A stretch of 64,000 nucleotides of DNA from Macrostomum hystrix (Eukaryota; Animalia; Platyhelminthes). Below are positions 1 to 15,100 of the stretch, piece after piece. The first letter of the stretch is position 1. Every line of letters begins with the position of its first letter. Under the pieces are notes generated by a model. It was given only the letters and a program-made list of their open reading frames with translations, made no database searches and was not told the DNA's origin. The stretch is taken from contig CATNEN010000024.1 of the NCBI GenBank assembly GCA_950097015.1, forward strand, positions 4,154,001 to 4,218,000, written 5' to 3'. A program made the position numbers and the translations under genes.

Positions 1-108
1 CCACCAGTGCTGCCAGGAGGCCGAACGCCAGCATGCAGGCTAGCGCGGCTCGAGTCTCCTGACTGAGCCACACAGCTGGACGTTTCCAACAGGATTGACC
101 GGCGGGTT

Positions 109-148
<40 letters not shown>

Positions 149-3100
149 TTGTTGCTGCTGCTGATCCGCGGACAATACCGCAGCTCCGGTTGCAGTCGCA
201 GAGGACAAGCTGTTAGTTAATTTTTTAGTAGCGAACGAAATAGGATGGGAATAATAGCTGGTTAGTTGTTCCCCGGTGTCGGCGCAGCGGCGAGTGACGG
301 CCACCCGGGCCTGATAGTCGGCCCCAGGCCGCAGGCCGGTCAGCCGGCAGGACTGCTCGTGACCGCGGTACACCTGCGGCGAGCGGATGCGCGCGAAGGA
401 GCTTGGCTATTGTATCAGATTGTAAATACGGAAGCGCTTTATAATAACTGCACTATTCTACCTGGGCTAGAGCAGTGGAGATGGAGTGCTGGAGGTAGAG
501 TGTTGGAGGGAGGAGGTAGAGTGGAGGAGGGAGGAGCTAGAGTGGAGGAGGGAGGAGCTAGAGTGGAGGAGGTAGGAGGTAGAGTGGAGGAGGGAGGAAG
601 TAGAGTGTGGAAGTAGAGTGGAGGAAGTAGAGTGGAGGAAGTAGAGTGGAGGAAGTAGAGTGTTGGAGGGAGGAAGTAGAGTGGAGGAGCTAGAGTGGAG
701 GAGGGAGAAGGTAGAGTGGAGGAAGGAGAAGGTAGAGTGGAGGAAGGAGAAGGTAGAGTGGAGGAAGGAGAAGGTAGAGTGGAGGAAGGAGAAGGTAGAG
801 TGGAGGAAGGAGAAGGTAGAGTGGAGGAAGGAGAATGTAGAGTGGAGGAAGGAGAAGGTAGAGTGGAGGAAGGAGAAGGTAGAGTGGAGGAAGAAGAAGG
901 TAGAGTGGAGGAAGGAGAAGGTAGAGTGGAGGAAGGAGAAGGTAGAGTGGAGGAAGGAGAAGGTAGAGTGGAGGAAGGAGAAGGTAGAGTGGAGGAGGGA
1001 GGAGGCAGTCTGGAATGTAGGCGGAAGTGAGATGCGATGCAGATGCACGAGCACTCTGGACGTAATGACGTATCAATTTAATGATACGTCAATGACATTT
1101 GAAAACGGACTAGCAATGAGCAGTGACCACACTAGTGAACTATTAGATAGGACATGAGAATTTTTATAATTGGCCCTGAACTCGAGTAGGCAAAGAAAGA
1201 GTGAAATAATTTACGAGGGTACTATGCGGCAATCGGAAATTCAGTCGGCGGTAGAGAAGGGTGCAAATGATAGTGCAATTTTGGGTAAATGAACAGTCTG
1301 CCTGAGTGTCAGAGAGGCAGAATCTTTGGCGAAACCAGGGCTCAATTAGCAGGGCTTGGGCAAGCTAGAGCTCTCATAACGTGACTAGGAGGAACTTTAT
1401 TCGATATTGAAATAATCCTAAACTAAACAAGACATCTTAAAAATTATTTGACGAGTAAAAAGTCCTGGAGAAAGAGAGAGACCACAAGACATGCACAAAA
1501 AACGTGCGGCAAAATGGCTTGGCAGTCCTACAGTTAAAGAAACTTGAAAGGAACAGACTTGATGACCGAGTAGAAAGAGCGGAGAAGAGAGCGGAGAAGA
1601 AGAGAGCGGAGAAGAAGAGAGCGGAGAAGAAGAGAGCGGAGAAGAAGAGAGCGGAGAAGAAGAGGGCGGAGAAGAAGAGAGCGGAGAAGAAGAGGGCGGA
1701 GAAGAAGAGAGCGGAGAAGAGAGCGGAGAAGAAGAGAGCGGAGAAGAGAGCGGAGAAGAAGAGAGCGGAGAAGAGAGCGGAGAAGAAGAGAGTGGAGAAG
1801 AGAGCGGAGAAGAAGAGAGCGGAGAAGAAGAGAGCGGAGAAGAGAGCGGAGAAGAGAGTGGAGAAGAAGAGAGCGGAGAAGAGAGCGGAGAAGAGAGTGG
1901 AGAAGAAGAGAGCGGAGAAGAAGAGAGCGGAGAAGAGAGCGGAGAAGAGAGCGGAGAAGAGAGCGGAGAAGAGAGCGGAGAAGAGAGCGGAGAAGAGAGC
2001 GGAGAAGAAGAGAGCGGAGAAAAAGAGAGTGGAGAAGAGAGCGGAGAAGAAGAGAGTGGAGAAGAAGAGAGTGGATAAGAAGAGAGTGGAGAAGAAGAGA
2101 GCGGAGAAGAAGAGAGCGGAGAAGAAGAGAGCTGAGAAGAAGAGAGCGGAGAAGAAGAGAGCTGAGAAGAAGAGAGCGGAGAAGAAGAGAGCTGAGAAGA
2201 AGAGAGCGGAGAAGAGAGCGGAGAAGAGAGTGGAGAAGAGAGCGGAGAAGAGAGCGGAGAAGAAGAGAGCGGAGAAGAAGAGAGCGGAGAAGAAGAGAGC
2301 GGAGAAGAGAGCGGAGAAGAGAGCGGAGAAGAAGAGAGCGGAGAAGAAGAGAGTGGAGAAAAAGAGAGAGAAAGAACTGGGGGACACATTGAAGAAAAGA
2401 ACAGAGGAGATAGCAGGGAGGATTTTTGGAAAAAGTGTGAGGAAAAATCTGTAATTAAAGGAGGGACTGAGTACTGTAGAATATGTTAAACAAGTTCGCC
2501 ACCTACAGTGCAGGATGCGAATAATTTTGATGGGGCAAAGATCAATTTCTGTTTAATTCAAGATGTTTCCGTAAAAGAAACATGTTTGCAAGAAAAATAT
2601 TTTTTTCTTTAAATTTATCTTTCAGTCATGCAAAAGAAGAATGTAGCCAAAAACAAAGGCCTGGTGAAATAAAACATACTGCCTCGGGCCGCTTGGGATT
2701 GGGGATTCGAGTGGGGACGAAAGAGGAGGGTGCAATAAAAGGTAAAAATATCATTTTAGCTTGAAAATCAATACTCGGCCAGTTAGCGAGTTCTTATTTG
2801 ATATTCAAAACGATTGAATGAACCTACCAGAGTGTAGTCTGACTCTCCTGTTGCTATGAGTTGCAGCAGGTAGTTCACAGGTTCATCCGACTGCTGCTGC
2901 TGCTGCTGCTGCGCCTGCTGCCAGTCGACTATGCAGGCTGTTTCTGTCAAGTTAGAAATTCGCGGCGCTTTTGGCGCCTGCGGCAGGGCGCGCCCGGTGA
3001 CGAATCTGATTGGCTCCGAGTAGGCGCCGAAGCCTGAGGCGTTGGCGGCCCGAACCCGGAACAGATAAGCGGTGCGCTCACAGAGGCGAGAGACTCTGGT

Positions 3101-6100
3101 GCTGCTGGAGGAGCCCTGGTACACCAGCTGCCATGCACCCAACTCGCTGTGAAGTTTGGAAATTGGGATGGGGAGCTTGGCAATAATGATCCCACTAGTC
3201 CCAGAATACAGATCCCACTAGTCCCAGAATACAGATCCCACTAGTCCCAGAGTATTGATCCCACTAGAAAGCCAAAGTGTGTACCTGTTATTATCGGTAG
3301 TCATCTCCACCTGGAACTGCGGCCAGTCGCTGCCTCCGCTGCCGCTGGCTCCGGAAGCCGTCTGTGTCGAGGATGACCCAGTTGCCGACCAGCGTAATTT
3401 CAGCCAGTCGGCCGACCTGTGCGCGCATTCAAGCCTAGGCGGCTGCGGAGGCAGCGGCCCGGTGGTGACTTTGCACGGCGCGGACATTGGGCCGGGGCCT
3501 ACAGAGTTGCTGGCGCGAACGCGAACCCGATAAACCGTGTCTGGCTGCAGGCCGGTGATTGTGCATTCGCAATTGCTGGAGTCCACCTGCTCACGGTTGC
3601 GAGTGGGAGGGGCTGAGGTGCATGAAGATATGGGCGAGACTGCGACTGCGAGTGACAGCATGATTTGCAGGGAATGGGAGGGTGACAGCATGATTTGCAG
3701 GGAATGGGAGGGTGACAGCATGATTTGCAGGGAATGGGAGGGTGACAGCATGATTTGCAGGGAATGGGAGGGTGACAGCATGATGTGCAGGGAATGGGAG
3801 GGTGACAGCATTGTTTTGAGAAGTGTTAAATTCTAACCGGCATTCAGATAAAAAAGGTAAAAAATTGAAACGCTAGGCGTGGGATCGAAAAAGGGGATAT
3901 TGAAAATGGAGACGTGAAGGCAGCCGTGAAAGGTAGCTTCGTAACAAACTGCTGTGCATCTATAAAAGTGGGAATCCTAGTATACAATCAAAAATGCTAC
4001 CTTGGTCCACCTGTAACGGATCAGTATTTTCGTTCTCACATAGAATTACTAAAGCACTTACACTGAGCAACAGTGATTCCCAATCTTCCTAACCTTCTGC
4101 TATAGTTAGGAAGACCACCGCATTCTATCTTCCTACCCACCGCATTCTAGCTTCCTACCCACCGCATTCTACCTTCCTACCCACCGCATTCTATCTTGCT
4201 ACCCACTGCATTCTACCTTCCTACCCACCGCATTCTACCTTCCTACCCACCGCATTCTATCTTGCTACCCACCGCATTCTATCTTGCTACCCACCGCATT
4301 CTATCTTGCTACCCACCGCATTCTACCTCCCTACCCACCGCATTCTACCTTCCTACCCACCGCATTCTATCTTGCTACCCACCGCATTCTACCTTCCTAC
4401 CCACCGCATTCTACCTTCCTACCCACCGCATTCTATCTTGCTACCCACTGCATTCTACCTTCCTACCCACCGCATTCTACCTTCCTACCCACCGCATTCT
4501 ATCTTGCTACCCACCGCATTCTATCTTGCTACCCACCGCATTCTATCTTGCTACCCACCGCATTCTATCTTGCTACCCACCGCATTCTACCTCCCTACCC
4601 ACCGCATTCTACCTTCCTACCCACCGCATTCTATCTTGCTACCCACCGCATTCTACCTTCCTACCCACCGCATTCTACCTTCCTACCCACCGCATTCTCT
4701 CTCGTAGGTGAGGAGCAGACAGACAGTAAGACCGAATGGTGGCAGGAAAGTTCGAAAGCAATGACGCAGTCAGTTATTAGGTAGGCGTGCAGGTCGCATA
4801 GTCTCATAGTTTCGAGTGCATGCGATCAGACCCGATAGATACGGAAGCAGAGGGGGGACGGATAGTGCAGCTTTTTCTAATAATCATTTCTCAAAAAGCA
4901 TTCGCTTTGATTAGTCTGGCAAATAAAAATGGCTTCCAGAAGCTAACAGATTAAAATTGGGAAAAGACAGAACTAACGCGGCGTTCTTCTTACGCAAAGC
5001 TTTTCTTTGTAAAAAAACAAAGACGTTTCCTCAATCCCAAATCAATTTGGGAATTAGGCGGCCCGAGGTTCGCAGTCGTGTTCTAGAGCCTCAATGCGTG
5101 CTCATTAGCGGGTTGGGACTAGCAGCGCAAGAGAATAGATCAGAGAGTAGAGAGCACGAAGTTTGCCATCGCCTGCATGATGGCGGGACAAGGAGCTGCT
5201 GCCGTTAATTATCAGGACAGCGGGGACTGCTGAAAGACAAAGCGTTGAGCTGACTTTCTTAACGGATTGAAGTCGACTCGAGAGTGGGATTTGTGTTTTC
5301 AGCGGCTACTCTAGCTCGTAAGTCCATGTAATTGCACAGTGCTTTCTAATACTCATGTCATATACCATCATTTATTTGCTGATTATATCCTACCGTCTAA
5401 CTGCACAAACTGAATAGGAAATCCCTTTTAAGGGCGCGGAGGGTTGGGAGTTAGCTATGTACACTGCGTGAGGGGCGAAGGGAGTGAGGTGGTTGGAATG
5501 TACACTGCGTGAGGGGCGAAGCGTTTGAGGTGGTTGGAATGTACACTGCGTGAGGGGCGAAGGGAGTGAGGTAGTTGGAATGTACACTGCGTGAGGGGCG
5601 AAGGGAGTGAGGTGGTTGGAACGTACACTGCGTGAGGGGCGAAGCATTTGAGGTGGTTGGAATGTACACTGCGTGAGGGGCGAAGGGAGTGAGGTGGTTG
5701 GAACGTACACTGCGTGAGGGGCGAAGCGTTTGAGGTGGTTGGAATGTACACTGCGTGAGGGGCGAAGGGAGTGAGGTAGTTGGAATGTACACTGCGTGAG
5801 GGGCGAAGGGAGTGAGGTGGTTGGAACGTACACTGCGTGAGGGGCGAAGCATTTGAGGTGGTTGGAATGTACACTGCGTGAGGGGCGAAGGGAGTGAGGT
5901 GGTTGGAACGTACACTGCGTGAGGGGCGAAGGGAGTGAGGTGGTTGGAATGTACACTGCGTGAGGGGTGAGGGGAATAGGATGGTTGGAATGTACACTGC
6001 GTATGTGAGGGGATTGGGTGTGGGGTGGTTAGAATGTACATTGTGTGAGGGGAGTGTGGTGGCGGTGTAAAGTAAACTGTGTGAGTGGGTGGGCAAGGGG

Positions 6101-9100
6101 ACAAGTGTCAAGCTGACGCGTTCGTGAAGCCGCTAAGTCTACCTCAACAGGCGGCCGATCGTTGACGAAGACAGAGTAGCCAACAATGCCGGCACCCTTG
6201 TTATCCGATGGCGTCCAAGCCACAGTCAGCGAGTTGGAAGTTGCTTCAATGATTCTGGGCTGGCCAACCTGCTCTGGCGGGCCCGGTGGAGTGGTCGCAA
6301 TCGACTCGGACGAATAAGAGCCGGGACCGGCGGAGTTCACCGCCTGTGGATCAGATTAGAGAATTTTCTGCTATACGAGCTCGTAGTTCTGAAAATAGTT
6401 ATGCTATTTTCTGCTTTACCGAAAAAGTACATTAAATCGCTTCAGAAAATGTTTTATAGCAACAGAGAAACAAGGATCAAGAAATTTTCGTGGGTTCCGA
6501 GCAAGAAATACTTGCTTTAAAGTTTGAAAAGTTGGCGACACACTGATATAACTCACCATAACACGGAATGCATACTCGGAAGCCGATTGTAAACCTTTAG
6601 CTTCGCAGCTAAGCGCAGGTCCGGAGTACAACTGCGGGTTAAATAGAGTGCAAACAATAATTTTAACGGCTGCGAGTAGTCCTGTGAGTTTCTAAAGACT
6701 ATGATAAAGGATACGAAAGAAAATAAAGCCAAAAGGACTATAGGGGAAACAAAGACGGAAAGTAAGAGGGAGAAATTGAAAATTGGAAGGGAAAGATAAG
6801 GAAAATTACAGACTGAATGGGAAAAAGGGAGGAGAGAGAAATGGAAGGGGAGAGAGAAAGGTAAGGGGAGAGGAAATGGGAAAGAGGAAATGAGAAAGAG
6901 GAAATGGAAGAGAGAGGGAAGGAGAGAGAGAGGGAAGGAGAGAGAGAGAGAGGAAGGAGAGACAGGTAAGGAGAGAGAGGGAAGAAGAGAGAGGGAAGGA
7001 GAGACAGGGAAGGAGAGAGAGGGATGGAGAGAGAGGGAAGGAGAGAGAGGGAAGGAGAGAGAGGGAAGGAGAGAGAGGGAAGAAGAGAGAGGGAAGAAGA
7101 GAGAGGGAAGAAGAGAATGGGAAGGAGAGAGAGGGGGGAGAGAGAGGGAAGAAGAGAGAGGGAAGGAGAGAGAGGGATGGAGAGAGAGGGGGGAGAGAGA
7201 GGGAAGAAGAGAGAGGGAAGGAGAGAGAGGGGGAGAGAGAGGGGGAGAGAGAGGGAAGAAGAGAGAGGGAAGGAGAGAGAGGGGGGAGAGAGAGGGAAGA
7301 AGAGAGAGGGAAGGAGAGAGAGGGAAGGAGAGAGAGGAAAGGAGAGAGAGGGAAGGAGAGAGAGGGAAGGAGAGAGAGCAGCTATAAAAGGAGAGCCGGA
7401 AGAAAGTAGAGGAGAGACACAGTAATTTTTTAATAAAGCTAACGATAGTACCACAGGCAGAAGCGGAACAGAAACAATCAAAGCAGATTGAAGTCGGCAA
7501 TAAAAAAGCAATCACATTTTTACAGATTTTTATGACAATTTTCCTTTGGTTTAGAGCAAGGCTTTCGAGCCGAAATTGAAAATAGTTATCAATAGAGTAG
7601 AGAATCGCTAGATGAGGCGGGGAGGAATGAAAATGCCCGGGCTAATCATAATTTTAGAGAGAAAATAATGGCTTCATTTTACGCGAAAAACTAAAAAATA
7701 CGGAACCTTCTAAATATGAAGAATTCAGCATTTTCCTACAAACTTGCAACTTTATAAAAATATCTATCATTAGAGATTTGAGTAATCACAGACAGTGTAG
7801 GAAGCTGACTATGGAAGTGTGGGTGATGCATGTCATTTAAATTCAATGACAAATTGATTGAGATCAATTCCTGATTGCTTCTCTAGTTGTCGCTTCTAAT
7901 TCAGTCTCTAATTTTTCAGGATAATCAATTCTGATCTTATATTTGATACGGTCCCTAGTTTCTTATTCAGCACATTCAGCATCTCGTATTTCGCATTCAG
8001 CATATCACAGTTCTCATTCAGTTTCTCGCATTTTTCATTAAGAATCTCACAACTCTCATTCAGTATCTCACAGTTCTCATTCAGTATCTCACAGTTCTCA
8101 TTCAGTATCTTACATTTGTCATTAAGAATCTCACAGTTCTCATTCAGTATCTCACAGTTCTCATTCAGAATCTCACAGTTCTCATTCAGTATCTTACATT
8201 TTTCATTAAGAATCTCACAGTTCTCATTCAGTATCTCACAGTTCTCATTCAGTATCTCACAGTTCTCATTCAGTTTCTCGCATTTGTCATTAAGAATCTC
8301 ACAGCTCTCATTCAGTATCTCACAGTTCTCATTCAGTATCTCACAGTTCTCATTCAGTATCTCACAGTTCTCATTCAGAATCTCACAGTTCTCATTCAGT
8401 ATCTTACATTTGTCATTAAGAATCTCACAGTTCTCATTCAGTATCTCACAGTTCTCATTCAGTATCTCACATTTGTCATTAAGAATCTCACAGTTCTCAT
8501 TCAGTATCTCACAGTTCTCATTCAGTATCTTACATTTGTCATTAAGAATCTCACAGTTCTCATTCAGTATCTCACAGTTCTCATTCAGAATCTCACAGTT
8601 CTCATTCAGTATCTTACATTTTTCATTAAGAATCTCACAGTTCTCATTCAGTATCTCACAGTTCTCATTCAGTATCTCACAGTTCTCATTCAGTTTCTCG
8701 CATTTGTCATTAAGAATCTCACAGCTCTCATTCAGTATCTCACAGTTCTCATTCAGTATCTCACAGTTCTCATTCAGTATCTCACAGTTCTCATTCAGAA
8801 TCTCACAGTTCTCATTCAGTATCTTACATTTGTCATTAAGAATCTCACAGTTCTCATTCAGTATCTCACAGTTCTCATTCAGTATCTCACATTTGTCATT
8901 AAGAATCTCACAGTTCTCATTCAGAATCTTGCATTTCTCATTCAGAATCTCACAGTTCTCATTCAGTATCTCACAGTTCTCATTCAGTATCTCACAGTTC
9001 TCATTCAAAATCTCGCATTTCTCATTCAGAATCTCGCATTTCTCATTCAGAATCTCACATTTCTAATTCAGTATCTTACATTTCTTATTTAGTATCTCAC

Positions 9101-12100
9101 AGTTCTCATTCAGTATCTAACATTTCTCATTCGGTGTCTCACAGTTCTCATTCAATATCTCATTTTCTCAATCAGTATCTCACATTTCTCATTTAGCCTC
9201 TCACATTTCTCATTAAGTACATCTCACTCTATCCCTGCCGTATCTCAGCCTAAACATCATGATAGCATTTATCAATTTCGCACATACCACGAAAAACTCG
9301 CCGATTCCGACGCTTCCATCATCAGAATCCCGACGCCGCATCCTGGCTTCAACTCGATATTCGATCACCGGCGCGCCGTTGCTAGACACTGGCGGCCGCC
9401 AGGCCAGTCCGACAGCGTGCGGGCCGCGCACACTGGTCGTCGGCGGAGTCGGCGCATCCGGCGGAGCTGCGGCGGTGACAACTTCCAGGGCGACCGACCA
9501 GCGGCCGGGTCCTGCCGAGTTGCGCGCCCGAACCTGAGCGGCATAGCGACAGCCGGGCTCCAGGTCGCCAACTGTGCAGTCCAGCCCGGAGCCTTGATAG
9601 ACAATGTTAGTCCCGTAGGCTGCACTTTTATTATCAAAGTCGGCGTCATCGTTAGCGACCAGATTGGCGTTGGAAATCGGCAGCAATCGAAGCTCGAATT
9701 CCATAGCGTCTTCCGCTGATAGCACAACATCGGGCGGTAACGGCGGCGCTGTCCACGCCAGGCTAAGCTGGGTTGGCCGCGGTCGGCCAGCCAGGCGGGG
9801 CGGCGCCGGCGGCTGTCCGGGCGGGCCTGGGGCGGAGGTGGCCAACAGCGGCTCACTGGGCACTGACTGGCCGGCAGAGGAGGCGGCCACCACGGTCAGG
9901 GCGTGCCGACGGCCTGGCAGGAGGCCGGTGACCAGCAGCTGGTGCTCGTCAGCTGAGCAGGCGTCGCTGACAACTTGGCCGTCCACTAGCACCTGACCAG
10001 GTAGGATGATTGCGAATAGCAACATTCGTTACATCGCTTGTTGGGCATTGCAAAGCAGGAATCAGTCTGTTAAATGTTTATTTACGCTACTATTATGGCT
10101 ACATGGGATATGGGACAATTGGGATATCTAGGAATCAGTTTCTTAAATGGGATTATTCAAAAATTGGGGACAATTATCTATCTGGGAGATCATTATCTAA
10201 CTCAAGTAATTATCTAACTAGGGATAATTCTCTAACTAGGGATCATTATCTAACTGGGGATCATTATCTAACTGGGACACTGGCCCGGTATCTCACAGTT
10301 CTCATTCAGTGCCTCACATTTCTCATTCAGTGTCTCACTCTATCCCTACGATGAGAAATGTGAAATCATTATATATGTAGGGATCATTATCTAACTCGGG
10401 ATCATTATCTAACTAGGGATCATTATTTAACTGGGGATCATTTTCTAACTGGGGATCATAATCTAACTGGGGATCACTATCTAACTGGGGATCACTATCT
10501 AACTGGGGATCACTATCTAACTGGGGATCACTATCTAACTGGGGATCACTATCTAACTGGGGATCATTATCTAACTAGGGATCATTATTTAACTGGGGAT
10601 CATTTTCTAACTGGGGATCATAATCTAACTGGGGATCACTATCTAACTGGGGATCACTATCTAACTGGGGATCACTATCTAACTGGGGATCACTATCTAA
10701 CTGGGGATCACTATCTAACTGGGGATCATTATCTAGCTGGGGATCACTATCTAACTGGGGATCACTATCTAACTGGGGATCACTATCTAACTGGGGATCA
10801 TTATCTAACTTGGGATCACTATCTAACTGGGGATCATTATCTAACTGGGGATCACTATCTAACTGGGGATCACTATCTAACTGGGGATCACTATCTAGCT
10901 GGGGATCACTATCTAACTGGGGATCACTATCTAACTGGGGATCACTATCTAACTGGGGATCACTATCTAACTGGGGATCACTATCTAACTGGGGATCATT
11001 ATCTAGCTGGGGATCACTATCTAACTGGGGATCACTATCTAACTGGGGATCACTATCTAACTGGGGATCATTATCTAACTTGGGATCATTATCAAACTGG
11101 GGATTATTATCAAACTGGGGATCATTATCTAGCTGGGGATCACTATCTAACTGGGGATCACTATCTAACTGGGGATCACTATCTAACTGGGGATCACTAT
11201 CTAACTGGGGATCATTATCTAGCTGGGGATCACTATCTAACTGGGGATCACTATCTAACTGGGGATCACTATCTAACTGGGGATCATTATCTAACTTGGG
11301 ATCACTATCTAACTGGGGATCATTATCTAACTGGGGATCACTATCTAACTGGGGATCACTATCTAACTGGGGATCACTATCTAGCTGGGGATCACTATCT
11401 AACTGGGGATCACTATCTAACTGGGGATCACTATCTAACTGGGGATCACTATCTAACTGGGGATCACTATCTAACTGGGGATCATTATCTAGCTGGGGAT
11501 CACTATCTAACTGGGGATCACTATCTAACTGGGGATCACTATCTAACTGGGGATCATTATCTAACTTGGGATCATTATCAAACTGGGGATTATTATCAAA
11601 CTGGGGATCATTATCTAGCTGGGGATCACTATCTAACTGGGGATCACTATCTAACTGAGGATCATTATCTATTATTATCAAATCTTGAAATTTCTTGTCA
11701 CGATTTTCAACTCATAGTGAAGAAAACGATTGCTAAAATTTAATTTCCAAGCCTTACGAACTCCTGAGACAGACTTAGAGCAATCAATTAAAGTCCTTAG
11801 TGTCCTTAAAAGCAAAGCGAATATTTCTTTTGAGAATGACCCAATCCGCAATTCAGATAGAAACTTCCCGGCAGTCAAAGAGCAGCTAAATGGATAGTGC
11901 TTCTCATCATATTGCCTAGTTTAATCATCTTAGTGCGAAAGCTAATTATAAGTAACATGACAATGTCGAAAACTCGAAGGCAGTGATAATTTCATTTCGC
12001 TAGCCTCCCTGCCCGAAATACTTAATCTTGTTAGAGCGCTTTGATCTGCGGCGAAACAAGAAAGGACTCTGTCGGAGACGCAAGAGGGACAGCAGGAACT

Positions 12101-15100
12101 AACACACGCATGCATGAGAGTTTAGTGCTGGAATTGTACTCCGAGAGTGCTGGAATTCTACTCCGAGAGTGCTGGAATTCTACTACGAGAGTGCTGGAAT
12201 TGTACTCCGAGAGGGCTGGAATTCTACTACGAGAGTGCTGGAATTCTACTCCAAGAGTGCTGGAATTCAACTCCGAGAGTGCTGGAATTCTACTCCGAGA
12301 GTGCTGGAATTCTACTCCGAGAGTGCTGGAATTCTACTCCGAGAGTGCTGGAATTCAACTCCGAGAGTGCTGGAATTCTACTCCGAGAGTGCTGGAATTC
12401 AACTCCGAGAGTGCTGGAATTCTACTCCGAGAGGGCTGGAATTCTACTCCGAGAGGGCTGGAATTCTACTCCGAGAGTGCTGGAATTCAACTCCGAGAGT
12501 GCTGGAATTCTACTCCGAGAGTGCTGGAATTCTACTCCGAGAGGGCTGGAATTCTACTCCGAGAGTGCTGGAATTCAACTCCGAGAGTGCTGGAATTCTA
12601 CTCCGAGAGTGCTGGAATTCTACTCCGAGAGTGCTGGAATTCTACTCCGAGAGTGATGGAATTCTACTCCGAGAGTGATGGAATTCTACTCCACAAGTGA
12701 TGGAATTCTACTCCGAGAGTGATGGGATTCTACTCATAGAGTGATGGGATTCTACTCATAGAGTGATAGGATTCTACTCATAGAGTGATAGGATTCTACT
12801 CATAGAGTGATAGGATTCTACTCATAGAGTGATAGGATTCTACTCATAGAGTGATAGGATTCTACTCATAGAGTGATAGGATTCTACTCATAGAGTGATA
12901 GGATTCTACTCCACAAGCAGTGGAATTCTACTCAGTGAGTGATCAAACTCAACTATGGATGCAGCGGAGAGCAGTTCTTGCCCCTTTGAGCAGCAAAAAT
13001 TAGCGACTCACCTGGTACTGTAGCACTGGGGAGCCACCGTCGTCAACGGGCGGATCCCAGGCCAGGCCGACAGAGCCGGGCTCCGGGATGACGATTCCGC
13101 CGCCGCCTCCGCGTCGTTTGCCGACGCCAACCGACTTATCGGACAAGCGTCGCAGCCTAACCGGCGGTCCGGGCGGATCGGCCGTTGTCCAGAAGGCGGC
13201 CACTAACGACCATTTCGAAGCGGCGCCGTCGCTGCCGCGCGCCTGCAGGCGGAATCGATACTCGGTAGCTCGGCGTAGGCTGTGCACCCGGTGCCTGTCA
13301 GCTGGGCCATTGTAGACAGCCAGAAAGCCGAGTCCGCTAGAAGGATCTTCTGATTGCAATTCGAATTCGTGATCGGCGGGTCGACGGGTCCAACCGATTA
13401 CAAGGGCGCGAGACGAGCGCTCAATTAAAATTGGTGGCTCCGGTTGAGTTGGCGCCGAACCGGCGGTCGTCATGACAACGATAGGCGAATAATCGCCAAC
13501 TCCCAGCGAGGTAACGCCGGCAACGCGGATTAAATATTTGCGATTTGGCGCCAGTTTGTTAATCTTGCATTGTCTCTGACTGCCGCGGAATCGTTCCGAG
13601 AATGGAATGCCGGCAGCCTCAATTATGTCAGAATCCGACTCTGCTGTCTCCGCCACCTCCAGAGCGTAGGCGGTTGGCTTCAGGCCGCGATTCTCAGCCG
13701 GGCTCCACTTCACCGTCAGCGAGTTCCGACTGCGCGCCACCAGAGTTGGAACTCCTGGCGGCCCCGGCGGCAGGCAGAGGGTGCGGAAGGCGGCGGAGTT
13801 GGTGAACCGGCCGGAGAGGGAGTCCAGCTGGCCGGAAATGAGGATCTTTGGAAATTGGGTTCTTTGGAAATGAGGATGTTTGGAAATATTGATCTTTTGA
13901 AATGAGGATCTTTGGAAATGAAGATCTTTGAGAATGAGGATCTTTGGAAATGAAGATCTTTGAGAATGAGGATCTTTTGAAATGAGGATCTTTAGAAATG
14001 GGGATCTATGGAAATGAAGATCTTTGAGAATGAGGATCTTTGGAAATGAAGATCTTTGAGAATGAGGATCTTTGGAAATGAGGATCTTTGGAAATATTGA
14101 TCTTTGGAAATGAAGATCTTTAAGAATGAGGATCTTTGGAAATGAAGATCTTTGAGAATGAGGATCTTTCGAAATGAGGATCTTTGCGAATGAGGATCTT
14201 TAGAAATCAGGAAATTTGGAAATGAAGATCGTCCTTGGAAATGGGGATCTTTGGGAATGAGGATCTTTGGATATAATGATCTTTGGAAATGAGGATCTTT
14301 GGAAATTAGTATCTTTGGAAATGAGGAAATTTGGAAATGAAGGTCGTCCTTGGAAATGGGGATCTTTGGAAATGAGGATCTTTGGAAATTAGGATCGTCT
14401 TTAAAAATGAGGATCTTAATAAATGAGGATGTTTTAAAACGAGGATCTTCAGAAATGAGGATGTGCATAATAATAGCATTAACGAAAAACACGAGGCCGT
14501 ACGCTTACATTCGCCCTAGCCTTCACAAAATACTCGGAATTAGGTTTTAAATCTCTCAGCGAGATCTCTTCGGCAGGTCCCTTGAATACGCAATTATAGA
14601 AGCCTTTGCTGCCAGTCTCAGACAAGTGCAGCTCAAACGACAGCAAGTTAAATAGCGGATCCGGCAGGCGGTCCGGCGGGTAAAGGTGCACCAGGCAGCT
14701 GTGCAACTCTGCATTAGAGACAGTGGGTGGAGGTATTTCGGACAGGGTGTCAGCCAGCTCCTCGGCCGTCATGCCGACCGATCGGAGGGCAGCGTCCAGC
14801 GAAACCTGACGCGACGATCCAGGGACGTCGGCGACATCCGGCTCCAAGTCTGGACGATCTTGACCGGCCTTGCCATTCTCGTCGTTGCCATTTAACGAGC
14901 CTAGAAGAAATTTTGCGCATGATAATCTGTCAGCTATTCCATCGAATCTGTCAGCTATTCCATCGAATCTGTCAGCTATTCCTTCGAATCTGTCAGCTAT
15001 TCCATCGAATCTGTCAGCTATTCCTTCGAATCTGTCAGCTATTCCTTCGAATATGTCAGCTATTCCATCGAATCTGTCAGCTATTCCTTCGAATCTTTCA

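Noticed and set aside
1066-1091. 10-bp inverted repeat TGACGTATCA/TGATACGTCA
   Set aside because: An isolated short hairpin in an intron with no supporting context.
7908-9008. 366-aa NENCEIL coiled-coil-like ORF, plus similar long ORFs (1504..2454, 10575..11681, 14727..15734, 51392..53656, 56653..57882)
   Set aside because: They are translations of stop-free tandem repeats inside introns of other genes; several frames or both strands are open and there is no unique coding sequence.
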